32,000 nt of DNA from Gemmata obscuriglobus (GTDB lineage: Bacteria > Planctomycetota > Planctomycetia > Gemmatales > Gemmataceae): contig NZ_CP042911.1 of assembly GCF_008065095.1 (NCBI RefSeq), forward strand, positions 4,950,001 to 4,982,000. The letters run 5' to 3'. The position numbers were made by a program, and so were the translations under genes. Below the pieces are notes generated by a model, which was given only the letters and a program-made list of their open reading frames with translations, was not told where the DNA came from and ran no database searches. Below are positions 23,542 through 31,915 of the stretch, piece by piece (within the stretch, counting starts at the first letter, position 1; every line of letters starts with the position of its first letter).

Positions 23542-25767
23542 ATGAACACTTACGGCTGGCTGCTACTCGGTCAAACCGTGCTCGCACTGCTCGCGCTTGG
23601 GATGGGCGGCGGATGGGCGCTGTGTGCGTTCCGCCGGAGCGAGCGCCCGTATCTGTGGCTGGCAGCCCCGCTCGCCGGAGTGCTCACGCTCGGCGGCGCG
23701 CTTGCCCTGCTGTATTTTTTCACCGGCCTTTCGCTCCGTCAGTCCCTTTGGATCGGGTGGGGGCTGAACGTGCTCGGGACCGTGGTAACCGTCGCTCGGA
23801 CCCGAACGGTCCCTCGCGCGCGGTATCTTGCTGCCGGTGGCGTGGTCGCTCTGGCCGTGTCCTACTGGGCAACGGTGAGTTGCAACAAGACGGCCATCGA
23901 CGCGCGGGAGCCGACGCTCATCACGGTCGACGGGAGCGACATGTTCGGTTACGCGATCGTAGGGGACTGGGTGCGTGCGCACCCGGCCGCAGACGGGCCG
24001 CAGCCGACCGAGGTGCTGAACGGTCTCACGTACGGGAACTTGCGGCGCGAGTGCAGCCGCCCGATCGCGTTCCTGCTGCTGGCCGCCGGGGCCGAGACGC
24101 GCGGCACCACAACTCTCTTTTCGTACGATTGGGTGTCCGGGGTTCTGCTGGCGGCGGGGTTGGCCGGCTTCGCCGGCGCATCCGCGGGCAACGTACCGAT
24201 ACTCGTACTCGTGGCAGCCGGCGGGGCCGCCAGCAGTTGGCTTACCGACAACCGGACCGGGTACCTCGGAAAGGCAATCGCGTACCCGGCCGGGGTGCTG
24301 CTCGTGTCACTCATGCTTACGGCCCTCACGGAGCCATCCCGGGCGCGGTGGGCGGTGACCATTCTGTTCGGGACAGTGCTTGCGTGGTGCCTCAGCCCTA
24401 TGTTCCCACCGGTGCTGCTGGCGATCGCTGCGGGCGGGTACTTGGTGACGCTCGTGGCGCTGTTCATTCGCGGGCGGTGGGACGAACACTCTAATGGATT
24501 CGGAACCGCGGTCATTCGCCCGGCGGTAGCGGCCCTAGTTCTGTCAGCGGCTTCGTCTGTACCGATGTTCGTGACCTACAGGTTGATGTTCGGCTCGTTC
24601 CCGCCGCCGCCGCCACCGACAGACTGGAGTTGGGTGCTTCCGGTGTCGCTCGACTTGGAACTGCCGACGCTCAAGGCAGTAACCGTTATATCATGGGTGT
24701 GGCTGATGCGGGCGGCCGCGGCGGCGATCGCGGTAGCCCTTGCCGCCGCCCTATGGCGGGGCCAGCGGGCGGCCTCTGCCCTTTTGGCATGTGGCCTGTT
24801 TGTACCGTTCGCGTGGGCTCTGGACGAGTTCCGGCTATACACTTTCCACGGACTCGTCTTCCCTTTAACACTCGCCGGGGCAGCAGCGCTCGCCGACCCG
24901 CGTTCCAAGGTGGCCGCCGTCCCGTCGGTTGAAGGGCCTTCAACCGGCGGGGCGGGAGTGGTCCGCATCGCACTGGTCGCGCTGCTGGTGTGCGGTACGG
25001 TCGGGTTGCGGGTTCCTCAGTTCCGGGCGGCAGCCTCCCGATACGTCTACGCGCCGCCGAGCCACCGAGTTGTGCATCGCCAGAGTGAAGCCGTGGCCCT
25101 CCGGGCGGCGCTCGAACACGCACCGCTCGACGTGGCCCTCGGACACTACGCCGACAACCACTTCGTGTGGGCCGAATTGGCCACCCGAGAGGTGCCGGTG
25201 CGATTCCGATCGCCGGGCTGGAATGTTTCTGTTGGAGCGTACGCCGGGCCGAGTCCGAACTACGATTTGTTCGCCCCCAAAGCGTCGTTCGCCCTACTCG
25301 AGCGAGGCGCATGGTCCGCCCCAGGTACCGAGCGCTGGGTCGGCAAACGATTGAAACTGGTTCAAGACCAGAAGGCGATCGCGGTAGTCGGCGTGTACGC
25401 GGGGCAGGCCAACTCTTGGGACGGTGAGTGGCGACCGGGTGTGTGGATCGGAAACGCGCCGACCACCCTGCTGATACACAACGGTGCAGACCATGTTTGT
25501 GCGGTCCGACTCACGGCCGACACGGCGGCCGGCCCGGCGCATCCCGATCCCAATCGCCGCACTTTGCGCTACCGGCTCCGAGACCGTGCAAGCACACTGT
25601 CTCTGCCCAAAACGAACCGAGCCGTTCTCTCGTTACTCCTGGAACCCGGTATGAACCGGATCGAGTTGAGCGTCGAGGAGCAAGCCGAACCGCTGGCTCC
25701 AGCCGGTCATCCCGTACCCCTGCTCGAATTCCGGAACTGGTGTATCGAAACCGCAGGTGGGCCGTAA
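23542..25767 (+). CDS. 741-aa polytopic membrane protein with a C-terminal soluble region; same architecture as the divergent 1091-aa protein, function unknown
   Basis: In frame with track ORF 23335..25767. ATG 23542 follows GGAAGG (MNTYGWLLLGQTVLALLALG...). About a dozen hydrophobic segments, a PPPPPP tract, then ~260 aa of soluble, beta-rich sequence. Confidence 0.6.
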   Translation: MNTYGWLLLGQTVLALLALGMGGGWALCAFRRSERPYLWLAAPLAGVLTLGGALALLYFFTGLSLRQSLWIGWGLNVLGTVVTVARTRTVPRARYLAAGGVVALAVSYWATVSCNKTAIDAREPTLITVDGSDMFGYAIVGDWVRAHPAADGPQPTEVLNGLTYGNLRRECSRPIAFLLLAAGAETRGTTTLFSYDWVSGVLLAAGLAGFAGASAGNVPILVLVAAGGAASSWLTDNRTGYLGKAIAYPAGVLLVSLMLTALTEPSRARWAVTILFGTVLAWCLSPMFPPVLLAIAAGGYLVTLVALFIRGRWDEHSNGFGTAVIRPAVAALVLSAASSVPMFVTYRLMFGSFPPPPPPTDWSWVLPVSLDLELPTLKAVTVISWVWLMRAAAAAIAVALAAALWRGQRAASALLACGLFVPFAWALDEFRLYTFHGLVFPLTLAGAAALADPRSKVAAVPSVEGPSTGGAGVVRIALVALLVCGTVGLRVPQFRAAASRYVYAPPSHRVVHRQSEAVALRAALEHAPLDVALGHYADNHFVWAELATREVPVRFRSPGWNVSVGAYAGPSPNYDLFAPKASFALLERGAWSAPGTERWVGKRLKLVQDQKAIAVVGVYAGQANSWDGEWRPGVWIGNAPTTLLIHNGADHVCAVRLTADTAAGPAHPDPNRRTLRYRLRDRASTLSLPKTNRAVLSLLLEPGMNRIELSVEEQAEPLAPAGHPVPLLEFRNWCIETAGGP

Positions 25768-25878
25768 CGGTCCGCGCGCAGCAAGCACGCGGCGCGGTCT
25801 CGCAATGCACCCGACATCAGTCATCGCCCATCGTCGCATTGCGGAGGTGGTGCGGAACGCTGATGCCCCAATAGACCC

Positions 25879-25994
25879 TGTTCACGATAAGGATAAGAAC
25901 TGCACTTAAACTCTTTCAGAACAGAGACTTGCATCCGAAATCACATGTTCGACACAAACCCATTGCTGACAAGTGGTTCCGCTTATCGTGAACA
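25879..25994. repeat. 13-bp perfect inverted repeat pair (TGTTCACGATAAG / CTTATCGTGAACA) bracketing 90 bp of AT-rich DNA
   Basis: Arms at 25879-25891 and 25982-25994, read directly. The local GC is clearly lower than in the flanks. Confidence 0.8.
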
Positions 25995-26070
25995 TGGTCT
26001 AATGGAACCAAGTGTACCCGAGCAGGCGTCACCGGGCTGAGTGAATGCCCGATAGGCCGTGATCCGAAGG

Positions 26071-26078
26071 CTTTTTGG
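26071..26078. repeat. 8-bp target-site duplication (CTTTTTGG), left copy, of the ISL3-family element
   Basis: Identical octamer at 27572-27579, immediately outside the other terminal repeat. Confidence 0.85.
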
Positions 26079-27571
26079 GAGACTTCTCGCTGAACGCGAC
26101 AACTTCATGATGCCGGCTTTCTGGTCTCCACACCCTTCGACTGTGTATCCGGCGTGACCGCGGTTTGTTTTTGGGTCAAGCGTTGTTGGTGCCAGCGATC
26201 CAGGGCCAGGACGATGAACCGGACGATGGTCCTTCGCCGACGCCATTTGTACCGCACCTTTTCCAAGTATCGGAGGCGCCGATTGGTGCGCTCCACGTGG
26301 TTATTGGTCCGAACCCGTCGAGCGTGGGGGCTGTGCAGGAACGCCATCATCTTGTCGAACTTCTCGGCGCTCAGCAGTTCCAACGCCGAGGACAGGTCGG
26401 GATCGGATTGGTACTGTGCGTCTCGGACCAGAGCCGCCCGACGGCACCGCGCTTGATGAGGGCTTTGCTCGGGGTCGAACAGCCGATAGATCCGAAGCGC
26501 GAACGCGCGGAGCGCCCGCAGCGCGGGCAGGTAACCGAACATCTGGCTGAGCCAGCGGCGTTGTCGCCCATCCAGATGTTCGGGTCGGGTCACGATCAGG
26601 TGCCGATGCTTCCACACGAAGTGCCCTTGCTCCGTCTTGGTCTTCCCGCGGCGTGCCCGGGCCTGTTTCTGGGCCTTGCTCGGCCGGCCCCGACGTCGCT
26701 TCCGTCCCCCTTTTCGGGCGAGCGCGCGTCGGAGCCGTCGCAGGGCATCGAAGACATGGGTATTGATGTCCTTGAGGACATGGAACACGCACAGCTGGTG
26801 ACGGGCGTGGGGCCACAGGTCCGCCAACACGGTGGGGTACAGGTTCGAGCCATCGGTGACGACCACTTGGGGCAAGAACCCGTGGTTCCGCAGGTTGTTC
26901 AGGAACCCACGCATATGGGCCTGATCGTTGGCCGAGACCACGGCGAAGGCCACCGGGAAATCGCCGATCGGGTCGGTGGCCAACAGGAGCGTGCGGTGGC
27001 CCAAGTGCAGCTCGTCGATGCACAGGGTGCCCGAGAAGTTGTCAAGCGTCCACTGGCGGTACCCGGGCATGTCGGTCTGGCGCACCTTCCAGTCCAGGCA
27101 GTCCGAGAGGAACCCGTCGGACAGATCCAGGAGGAAGTCCCGACGCAACGCCTGTTGGAGCCGATGGGCGCTCATGCCGTCCTCGAGGAGTCGGTCGATG
27201 ACGGCCTCGCGAACGCGGTTGGTGTACTCGGCTCGAGGTTCGATCCCTTCGATCTGAGAGCGGAAGGTCTTGCAACAGGCACAGGTGGCGCGGTATTCTC
27301 CAACGGTCAACTCGAGGAACACGATTTCCCCGTAGGCGATGTCCCGAACGCGGCGGGTGTGGGTACCTTTCCGCCGTCCCCGTTCTCCGCACCGGGGGCA
27401 CGGGAAGGTCTCCGGGGCACAACTCTTCGACACAACGCGCACATGAGCGCGGTCCATGCCGGTGTCCTTGATGGGTTGGTGTGGTAACCCCCAAAAAGGC
27501 ACCGGCTGGACTCTTTCACAAGATCAATCACCGCAACGCAGTACCCGCTGTCGCGTCCAGCGAGAAGTGTC
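26079..27571 (-). mobile_element. ISL3-family insertion sequence (1493 bp)
   Basis: The 25-bp terminal inverted repeats match at 22/25 positions: GAGACTTCTCGCTGAACGCGACAAC (26079-26103) versus the reverse complement of 27547-27571 (GACACTTCTCGCTGGACGCGACAGC). It is flanked by a perfect 8-bp direct repeat and has a single transposase ORF ending 2 nt from the repeat. Confidence 0.9.
26105..27457 (-). CDS. ISL3-family transposase
   Basis: In frame with track ORF 26105..27502, whose first codon is GTG. ATG 27457 gives MDRAHVRVVSKSCAPETFPCPRCGERGRRKG... (zinc-finger N-terminus). The DDE core is LCIDELHLGHRTLLLATDPIG..., VVVTDGSNLYP..., HQLCVFHVLKDIN. Confidence 0.9.
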   Translation of the reverse strand: MDRAHVRVVSKSCAPETFPCPRCGERGRRKGTHTRRVRDIAYGEIVFLELTVGEYRATCACCKTFRSQIEGIEPRAEYTNRVREAVIDRLLEDGMSAHRLQQALRRDFLLDLSDGFLSDCLDWKVRQTDMPGYRQWTLDNFSGTLCIDELHLGHRTLLLATDPIGDFPVAFAVVSANDQAHMRGFLNNLRNHGFLPQVVVTDGSNLYPTVLADLWPHARHQLCVFHVLKDINTHVFDALRRLRRALARKGGRKRRRGRPSKAQKQARARRGKTKTEQGHFVWKHRHLIVTRPEHLDGRQRRWLSQMFGYLPALRALRAFALRIYRLFDPEQSPHQARCRRAALVRDAQYQSDPDLSSALELLSAEKFDKMMAFLHSPHARRVRTNNHVERTNRRLRYLEKVRYKWRRRRTIVRFIVLALDRWHQQRLTQKQTAVTPDTQSKGVETRKPAS

Positions 27572-27579
27572 CTTTTTGG
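27572..27579. repeat. 8-bp target-site duplication (CTTTTTGG), right copy, of the ISL3-family element
   Basis: Identical to 26071-26078. Confidence 0.85.
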
Positions 27580-27657
27580 TAGCGAAATGAGGCCCATCGT
27601 TAGTGGGGTAGAGTCGCCGGAGCCTGAATCGGATCGACGGCCCACCGAATTATGAGT

Positions 27658-27929
27658 TTACTGGAGAGCACACGCGCCTCCCGATCCGCAGTGAGGCTGC
27701 TGATACCATTTGATCTCTGCCGACATCCGCGCCACCACCCATCGACGGGGCAGTTTCACCTGCCTCTTCTGGGGGTGGTGCCGGCTCGCCACCTCGACTT
27801 CGCACTTGGCGCGATCGGCCCTCAAGCGCAGAGATCATGGTTGTCGTACGTCTGCTCCGCCCATAGCAACATCAGCCGTGGCACATCCGCAGCGGTGATC
27901 TCCGGCAGCATCACCGGGCCACCGGTCCG
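27658..27929 (-). pseudogene. IS5-family (IS427/IS1031-like) DDE transposase, C-terminal remnant with a frameshift
   Basis: My own minus-strand translation gives RTGGPVMLPEITAADVPRLMLLWAEQTYDNHDLCA* (27929-27822). In another frame it continues LRADRAKCEVEVASRHHPQKRQVKLPRRWVVARMSAEIKWYQQ... (27825-27658). This resembles the IS5-family pattern ...G.PL...T.an.hD...LL...aDKgYDs..LR...R.vvERtFaw.K.fRR. It is degenerate and no N-terminal part is present. Confidence 0.4.
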
Positions 27930-28095
27930 TCACCTACTCTGACGGCCGTGATCGCTACCGCCGCCAACACACCAGCAGTGCCCACCACGTGTGGTTCACA
28001 TTCCGATCGCGAAACCTATATTAACGAACACTACAACAGGTTAGCAAAATCAGGACCGATCATACCAACTATCACGATAACTAATTGTCTCAATA

Positions 28096-29385
28096 TCAAT
28101 ACAACAATATCCACGGCTTTCGGTACTCCTTCGTCAGCAGCGCAGCCGCTTCCTTGTCGCCGACGATGGTTTCCGACTTCGGATCCCAGGTGATTTTACG
28201 TCCGGTGCGGATCGCGATGTTCCCAAGGTGACATACGGTCGCGCTACGGTGCCCGATCTCCACATCACAAATCGGCAGCTTTCGGGTCTTGATGCACTCC
28301 AGCCAATCTGCGTGGTGCCCCTTCGACACGTACAATTTCGCCTCGCCCGTCGGCAGTTTGTAAGGGTCGGCCACCTTTTCACCGTTAAGCATCGCGGCGA
28401 TAGCCCCACGCTTCACGGAAATGGTGCCCTTTTCGCCGACGAACGTCACCCCACCGGGGTTGCCACCGGCGCCCAGTGTGCAGTGAACTTTCACCCCGTT
28501 CGCGTAAGTAAAGACCTGGTTTGCGGATTCAGGCGTCTCGAACCACTTATCCTTGTTGAACGTTGCCATGCCCTCGATCGTTGTCGGGCCGCTGTCGTCC
28601 AGCCCGAGAGCCCACTGTGCGATGTCGAGATCATGCGCGCCAAAATTGGTCTGTTGACCGCCCGAGTAGTCCCAGAAGAACCGGAACAGGTAGTGAACGC
28701 GGTTGGCGTTGAACGGGCGCTCCGGTGCCGGGCCGAGCCAGCGATCGTAATCGAGCGTCGCCGGCGGGCTTCCGTCCGGAACCGCCTTCTTCGCCCGGCT
28801 CACCCAATTCGGTCCCGGCAAACCGACTTTCACCTCCTGCAGTTTCCCCAGCGCCCCGTTGCGGACCAGTTCACATGCGTGCCGAAACTCCTTCCCGGAT
28901 CGCTGTTGACTGCCTGTTTGCACAATCCGTTTATTGTCGCGTGCGGCCTTCACCATCGCGCGGCCCTCCGTCACCACCAGTGTGAGGGGTTTCTCGCAAT
29001 AAACATCCTTACCAGCCTTACAAGCATCGACCGTCACGAGCGCGTGCCAGTGGTCTGGGGTACTACAAAGCACCGCGTCAATATCCTTCTTGTCCAGCAG
29101 TTTGCGGTAATCGCTCGCGGTTGCGACCTTGGTCCCCTTTTCCATCTCCCGAGCGGCCGCTTCAAGGTGAACGGAGTCCGTATCGCACACAGCGACCACG
29201 TTCTTGCGAACAGCTTTCATGTTGGCCAACCCTTGTCCCCCCACACCTACACACGCAACGCGAACGGTTTCGCTCGGTTTGTCCTGGGCCAAAAGCGCCG
29301 CGCGATAAGTCAGCGCTGGAAGCGCGAGGAAGGTACTGCCTGTGAGGGACGCGCGGAGCACAGCGCGGCGATGAAGTTGCGTCAT
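28096..29385 (-). CDS. Gfo/Idh/MocA-family oxidoreductase with a twin-arginine (Tat) signal
   Basis: Track ORF 28096..29385. N-terminus is MTQLHRRAVLRASLTGSTFLALPAL. Rossmann motif VACVGVGGQGLANM. EKPLT motif present (YCEKPLTL). Confidence 0.85.
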   Translation of the reverse strand: MTQLHRRAVLRASLTGSTFLALPALTYRAALLAQDKPSETVRVACVGVGGQGLANMKAVRKNVVAVCDTDSVHLEAAAREMEKGTKVATASDYRKLLDKKDIDAVLCSTPDHWHALVTVDACKAGKDVYCEKPLTLVVTEGRAMVKAARDNKRIVQTGSQQRSGKEFRHACELVRNGALGKLQEVKVGLPGPNWVSRAKKAVPDGSPPATLDYDRWLGPAPERPFNANRVHYLFRFFWDYSGGQQTNFGAHDLDIAQWALGLDDSGPTTIEGMATFNKDKWFETPESANQVFTYANGVKVHCTLGAGGNPGGVTFVGEKGTISVKRGAIAAMLNGEKVADPYKLPTGEAKLYVSKGHHADWLECIKTRKLPICDVEIGHRSATVCHLGNIAIRTGRKITWDPKSETIVGDKEAAALLTKEYRKPWILLY

Positions 29386-29532
29386 TTGCGGCTTTCAGAA
29401 GATGGAGATTGGAAGACAAGTCTTCGGACAGTTTAACCCCGCGTGGTGGAACGACGCCACTGCGAAGAACCGTCTTGCACCGAGCGGGCGCGCGGTTATA
29501 CCGGTGCCCCGTTTCATTCGGGGACCGAGCCC

Positions 29533-30351
29533 TTGATCCGACCACGCTTCACGTTCCGGCGCGTGTTCGCGCTACTGCTGGCCGCACTACTGACGGGGTG
29601 CGGCACGACCAAAATGACCGACAGCCCGCGTGCGGCCACCGAGATGCTACTCGTGTCGCAGGCGATCGATTACGCAGTCGCGAAGATGGACTTCAGCGCG
29701 CTCAGCGGGCAAGCCGTCTTCCTCGACACCACGCCGATTGAAAAGGATGTCATCGATAAGGGCTACGTCATCAGTTTGGTGCGTCAGCAGTTGCTGGCGC
29801 ACGGCGCTCTAATCCAGGAGGAGCGCACCCGTGCCCTATACGTGGTCGAGTTGCGAGCGGGCGCGATCGGCACGGACAGGCACAGCGTGATGGTGGGTAC
29901 CCCTGCGGTGTCACTGCCCTCGGTAGTGCCCGGGTTGCCCACAAGCATTCCCGAAATTGCCCTCATGAAGAAGAACGACCAACGTGGGGTCGCAAAGATC
30001 GGGGTATTCGCCTACAACCGCGTCACCGGGCGAGCCCTTTGGCAGTCCGGCACAGTCGAGGGCGAAAGCCAGTCGAAAGACCTTTGGGTGTTCGGCGCGG
30101 GTCCCTTCAGCAAAGGCACTATTCGCGACCGCACCGAACTGGCCGGCGAGCCGCTCCCCTCCATCCCGACCCCAGCCGAGTTGCTGGGAACCAAAAGCGA
30201 CAAAGATAAGCACGTGATTCCGGCAGCGGGCACCGCTCGAGAGCAGTTTTTCCCCAACAACACAGCGCCTGCGCCGCCACTACCCGTTCCCGCGGCAGCG
30301 GAAGCCGTGACTGGTAGCGCGATTCTCGCGAACACGCCGCTCGTGCGCTAG
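29533..30351 (+). CDS. lipoprotein of unknown function
   Basis: In frame with track ORF 29443..30351 (GTG). TTG 29533 would give (M)IRPRFTFRRVFALLLAALLTGCGTT, a lipobox signal peptide. The start choice is uncertain. The C-terminal tail is Pro/Ala-rich. Confidence 0.6.
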   Translation: MIRPRFTFRRVFALLLAALLTGCGTTKMTDSPRAATEMLLVSQAIDYAVAKMDFSALSGQAVFLDTTPIEKDVIDKGYVISLVRQQLLAHGALIQEERTRALYVVELRAGAIGTDRHSVMVGTPAVSLPSVVPGLPTSIPEIALMKKNDQRGVAKIGVFAYNRVTGRALWQSGTVEGESQSKDLWVFGAGPFSKGTIRDRTELAGEPLPSIPTPAELLGTKSDKDKHVIPAAGTAREQFFPNNTAPAPPLPVPAAAEAVTGSAILANTPLVR

Positions 30352-30553
30352 CATCCGCATGCGCTGCTCATGAATACGCCTTTAACTCGACATCCACTCC
30401 GAACGGCTCACCCCGCTCGGCACGCACTCCGATAACGGAACTCACTGAGGAGAGGTTCGTAACGATACGAGCGCCCGGTGGACGTAGTCGTTCCGTACTA
30501 ACGTTGAACCGTGGCGCCCATTTACGGCGTGCCACGATCCAGAGGCCGCACAG

Positions 30554-30751
30554 ATGCAACCGCTCTCACCACTTGCCCGTCATGAGCCCTCGCACCCGAA
30601 CTGGGAACTCCTCCGGCGGCTCGGTTGGTCGGTTGCCAACATTTCCGGAGCGTACTGTGTCGCGTGGCGCGGGCGTGACGAGGTCGTGTTCGAGTGGCGC
30701 GAGGACGGGTGGCACCGTATCGGCGGGAGCGGCCCTGTTGAGCAGGTGTAA
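30554..30751 (+). CDS. hypothetical small protein (65 aa, Trp-rich)
   Basis: Track ORF. AGAGG lies 9 nt upstream of the ATG. Third-position GC is moderately high. No family recognised. Confidence 0.35.
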   Translation: MQPLSPLARHEPSHPNWELLRRLGWSVANISGAYCVAWRGRDEVVFEWREDGWHRIGGSGPVEQV

Positions 30752-31009
30752 AACCAAGCAGCCCGGTTTAGTGTGAGCGTTACCGAATGGCGTGAGCAAG
30801 AGCTATTCGGATAAGCCACTGCGGCGTGGCGGCCCCAAAAACACGGATGGGTGCGCTCGCGATTCCTACTTGACCTACCCCGGTGCGTGCGGGTACCAAT
30901 GAGGTGCCCGTCGCGCCCGTTCGTCTCTCTTGGGCCGGATCGTGATGTGATTCAGAACGACACGCGAATTCCGATCGTAGCCCGAGCCACTCCTTGAGGG
31001 GACAGCCGA

Positions 31010-31195
31010 ATGAACTCCGCCACCCGCGACGTTCCCGCCCCGGAATCCTACGCGACCTTTTGGGAGCCGATCCCGGTGGACACCCCTCCGGTCGTTCACA
31101 CACCGGCCAGGGAGCCGAAAGACGCGTACCAAGATTTCGTTAACATCACCGAAGACGCGCCGGTGTCGCTCCAAGTCTCGCAAATCGACATCTAA
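31010..31195 (+). CDS. hypothetical small protein (61 aa)
   Basis: Track ORF. GAGGGG lies 8 nt upstream of the ATG. The stop is 6 nt before the rsmE start. No family recognised. Confidence 0.4.
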   Translation: MNSATRDVPAPESYATFWEPIPVDTPPVVHTPAREPKDAYQDFVNITEDAPVSLQVSQIDI

Positions 31196-31201
31196 TCAGA
31201 C

Positions 31202-31915
31202 GTGTCCGATCGCTTTTACATTCCCGATCTGCTCGGTGCCGGCGAGTTTGTACTTACCGGTCCGGAGGCACACCACCTCGTCGCCGTGCGCCGGTTCGGT
31301 GACGGCGACGAGGTGGTGGTTTTCAACGGAGACGGCAACGACTACCCGGCGCAAATTCTTAGCGCCGGGAAAAAGAGCGTTGTGCTTCTGGTGCGGGAGC
31401 CGGTCTTTGTCAATCGCGAACTCCCCTTCCCGGTCGTGGTCGCGTCAGCCCTTCCGAAAGGAGACCGCGCCGATTTTCTCGTCGAAAAATTGACCGAACT
31501 CGGGGTCAACCGATTCATCCCGCTCATCACGACACGAGCAGTGGTCTTACCCAAAGTGTCGGTGGTGGAAAAGTTCGGGCGTGCGGTGATCGAGGCGAGT
31601 AAGCAATGCGGTCGAAACTGTTTGATGCAAGTGGACGCCCCACAGAAATGGGACTCGTTCGTCGCGCGTGCCGACCTACCGCAGCCGCTAACAATTCTGC
31701 ACACCGGCCCGGGGTTGGTGGGCGCGAGTGGCGCCGGCGGAACCTTGGCCGTCGGCCCCGAGGGCGGGTTCACGACGGAAGAGGTTGAGCGCGCCCTCAC
31801 ACACGGATTTGTAGCCCGGAGCCTGGGTTCTCGTGTGTTGCGGACCGAAACGGCAGCGATTGCCGCTGCCGCGAGATTGGGAGAAGGCACGAAAATCAAT
31901 GCAACGAACGGCTGA
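31202..31915 (+). CDS. rsmE: 16S rRNA (uracil1498-N3)-methyltransferase RsmE
   Basis: Track ORF, GTG start. Motifs: MSDRFYIP..., GPEAHHLVAVRRFGDGDEVVVFNGDG, ALPKGDRADFLVEKLTELGV, VGPEGGFTTEEV, LGSRVLRTETAAIAAAA. Confidence 0.85.
   Translation: MSDRFYIPDLLGAGEFVLTGPEAHHLVAVRRFGDGDEVVVFNGDGNDYPAQILSAGKKSVVLLVREPVFVNRELPFPVVVASALPKGDRADFLVEKLTELGVNRFIPLITTRAVVLPKVSVVEKFGRAVIEASKQCGRNCLMQVDAPQKWDSFVARADLPQPLTILHTGPGLVGASGAGGTLAVGPEGGFTTEEVERALTHGFVARSLGSRVLRTETAAIAAAARLGEGTKINATNG

Noticed and set aside
25805-25906. 33-aa ORF (MHPTSVIAHRRIAEVVRNADAPIDPVHDKDKNCT) after the 741-aa gene
   Set aside because: It is short, has no RBS, and runs into the AT-rich inverted-repeat unit. No evidence of coding beyond an open frame.
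25983-26246. 87-aa minus-strand ORF (and 27307..27645, 112 aa)
   Set aside because: Both read across the ISL3 terminal repeats into flanking DNA, so they are chimeric artefacts of the insertion.
26165-27487. 440-aa plus-strand ORF inside the ISL3 element
   Set aside because: It is antisense to the transposase frame, which carries the zinc-finger and DDE motifs.
27617-27640. CCGGAGCCTGAATCGGATCGACGG resembles the conserved 5' end of tmRNA (GGGGCUGAUUCUGGAUUCGACGGG); tmRNA genes are known integration hotspots
   Set aside because: No matching 3' acceptor strand, T-arm (GGTTCGAnTCC) or CCA-proximal sequence lies within 100-450 nt downstream. No tag-peptide reading frame or pseudoknot pattern was evident either.
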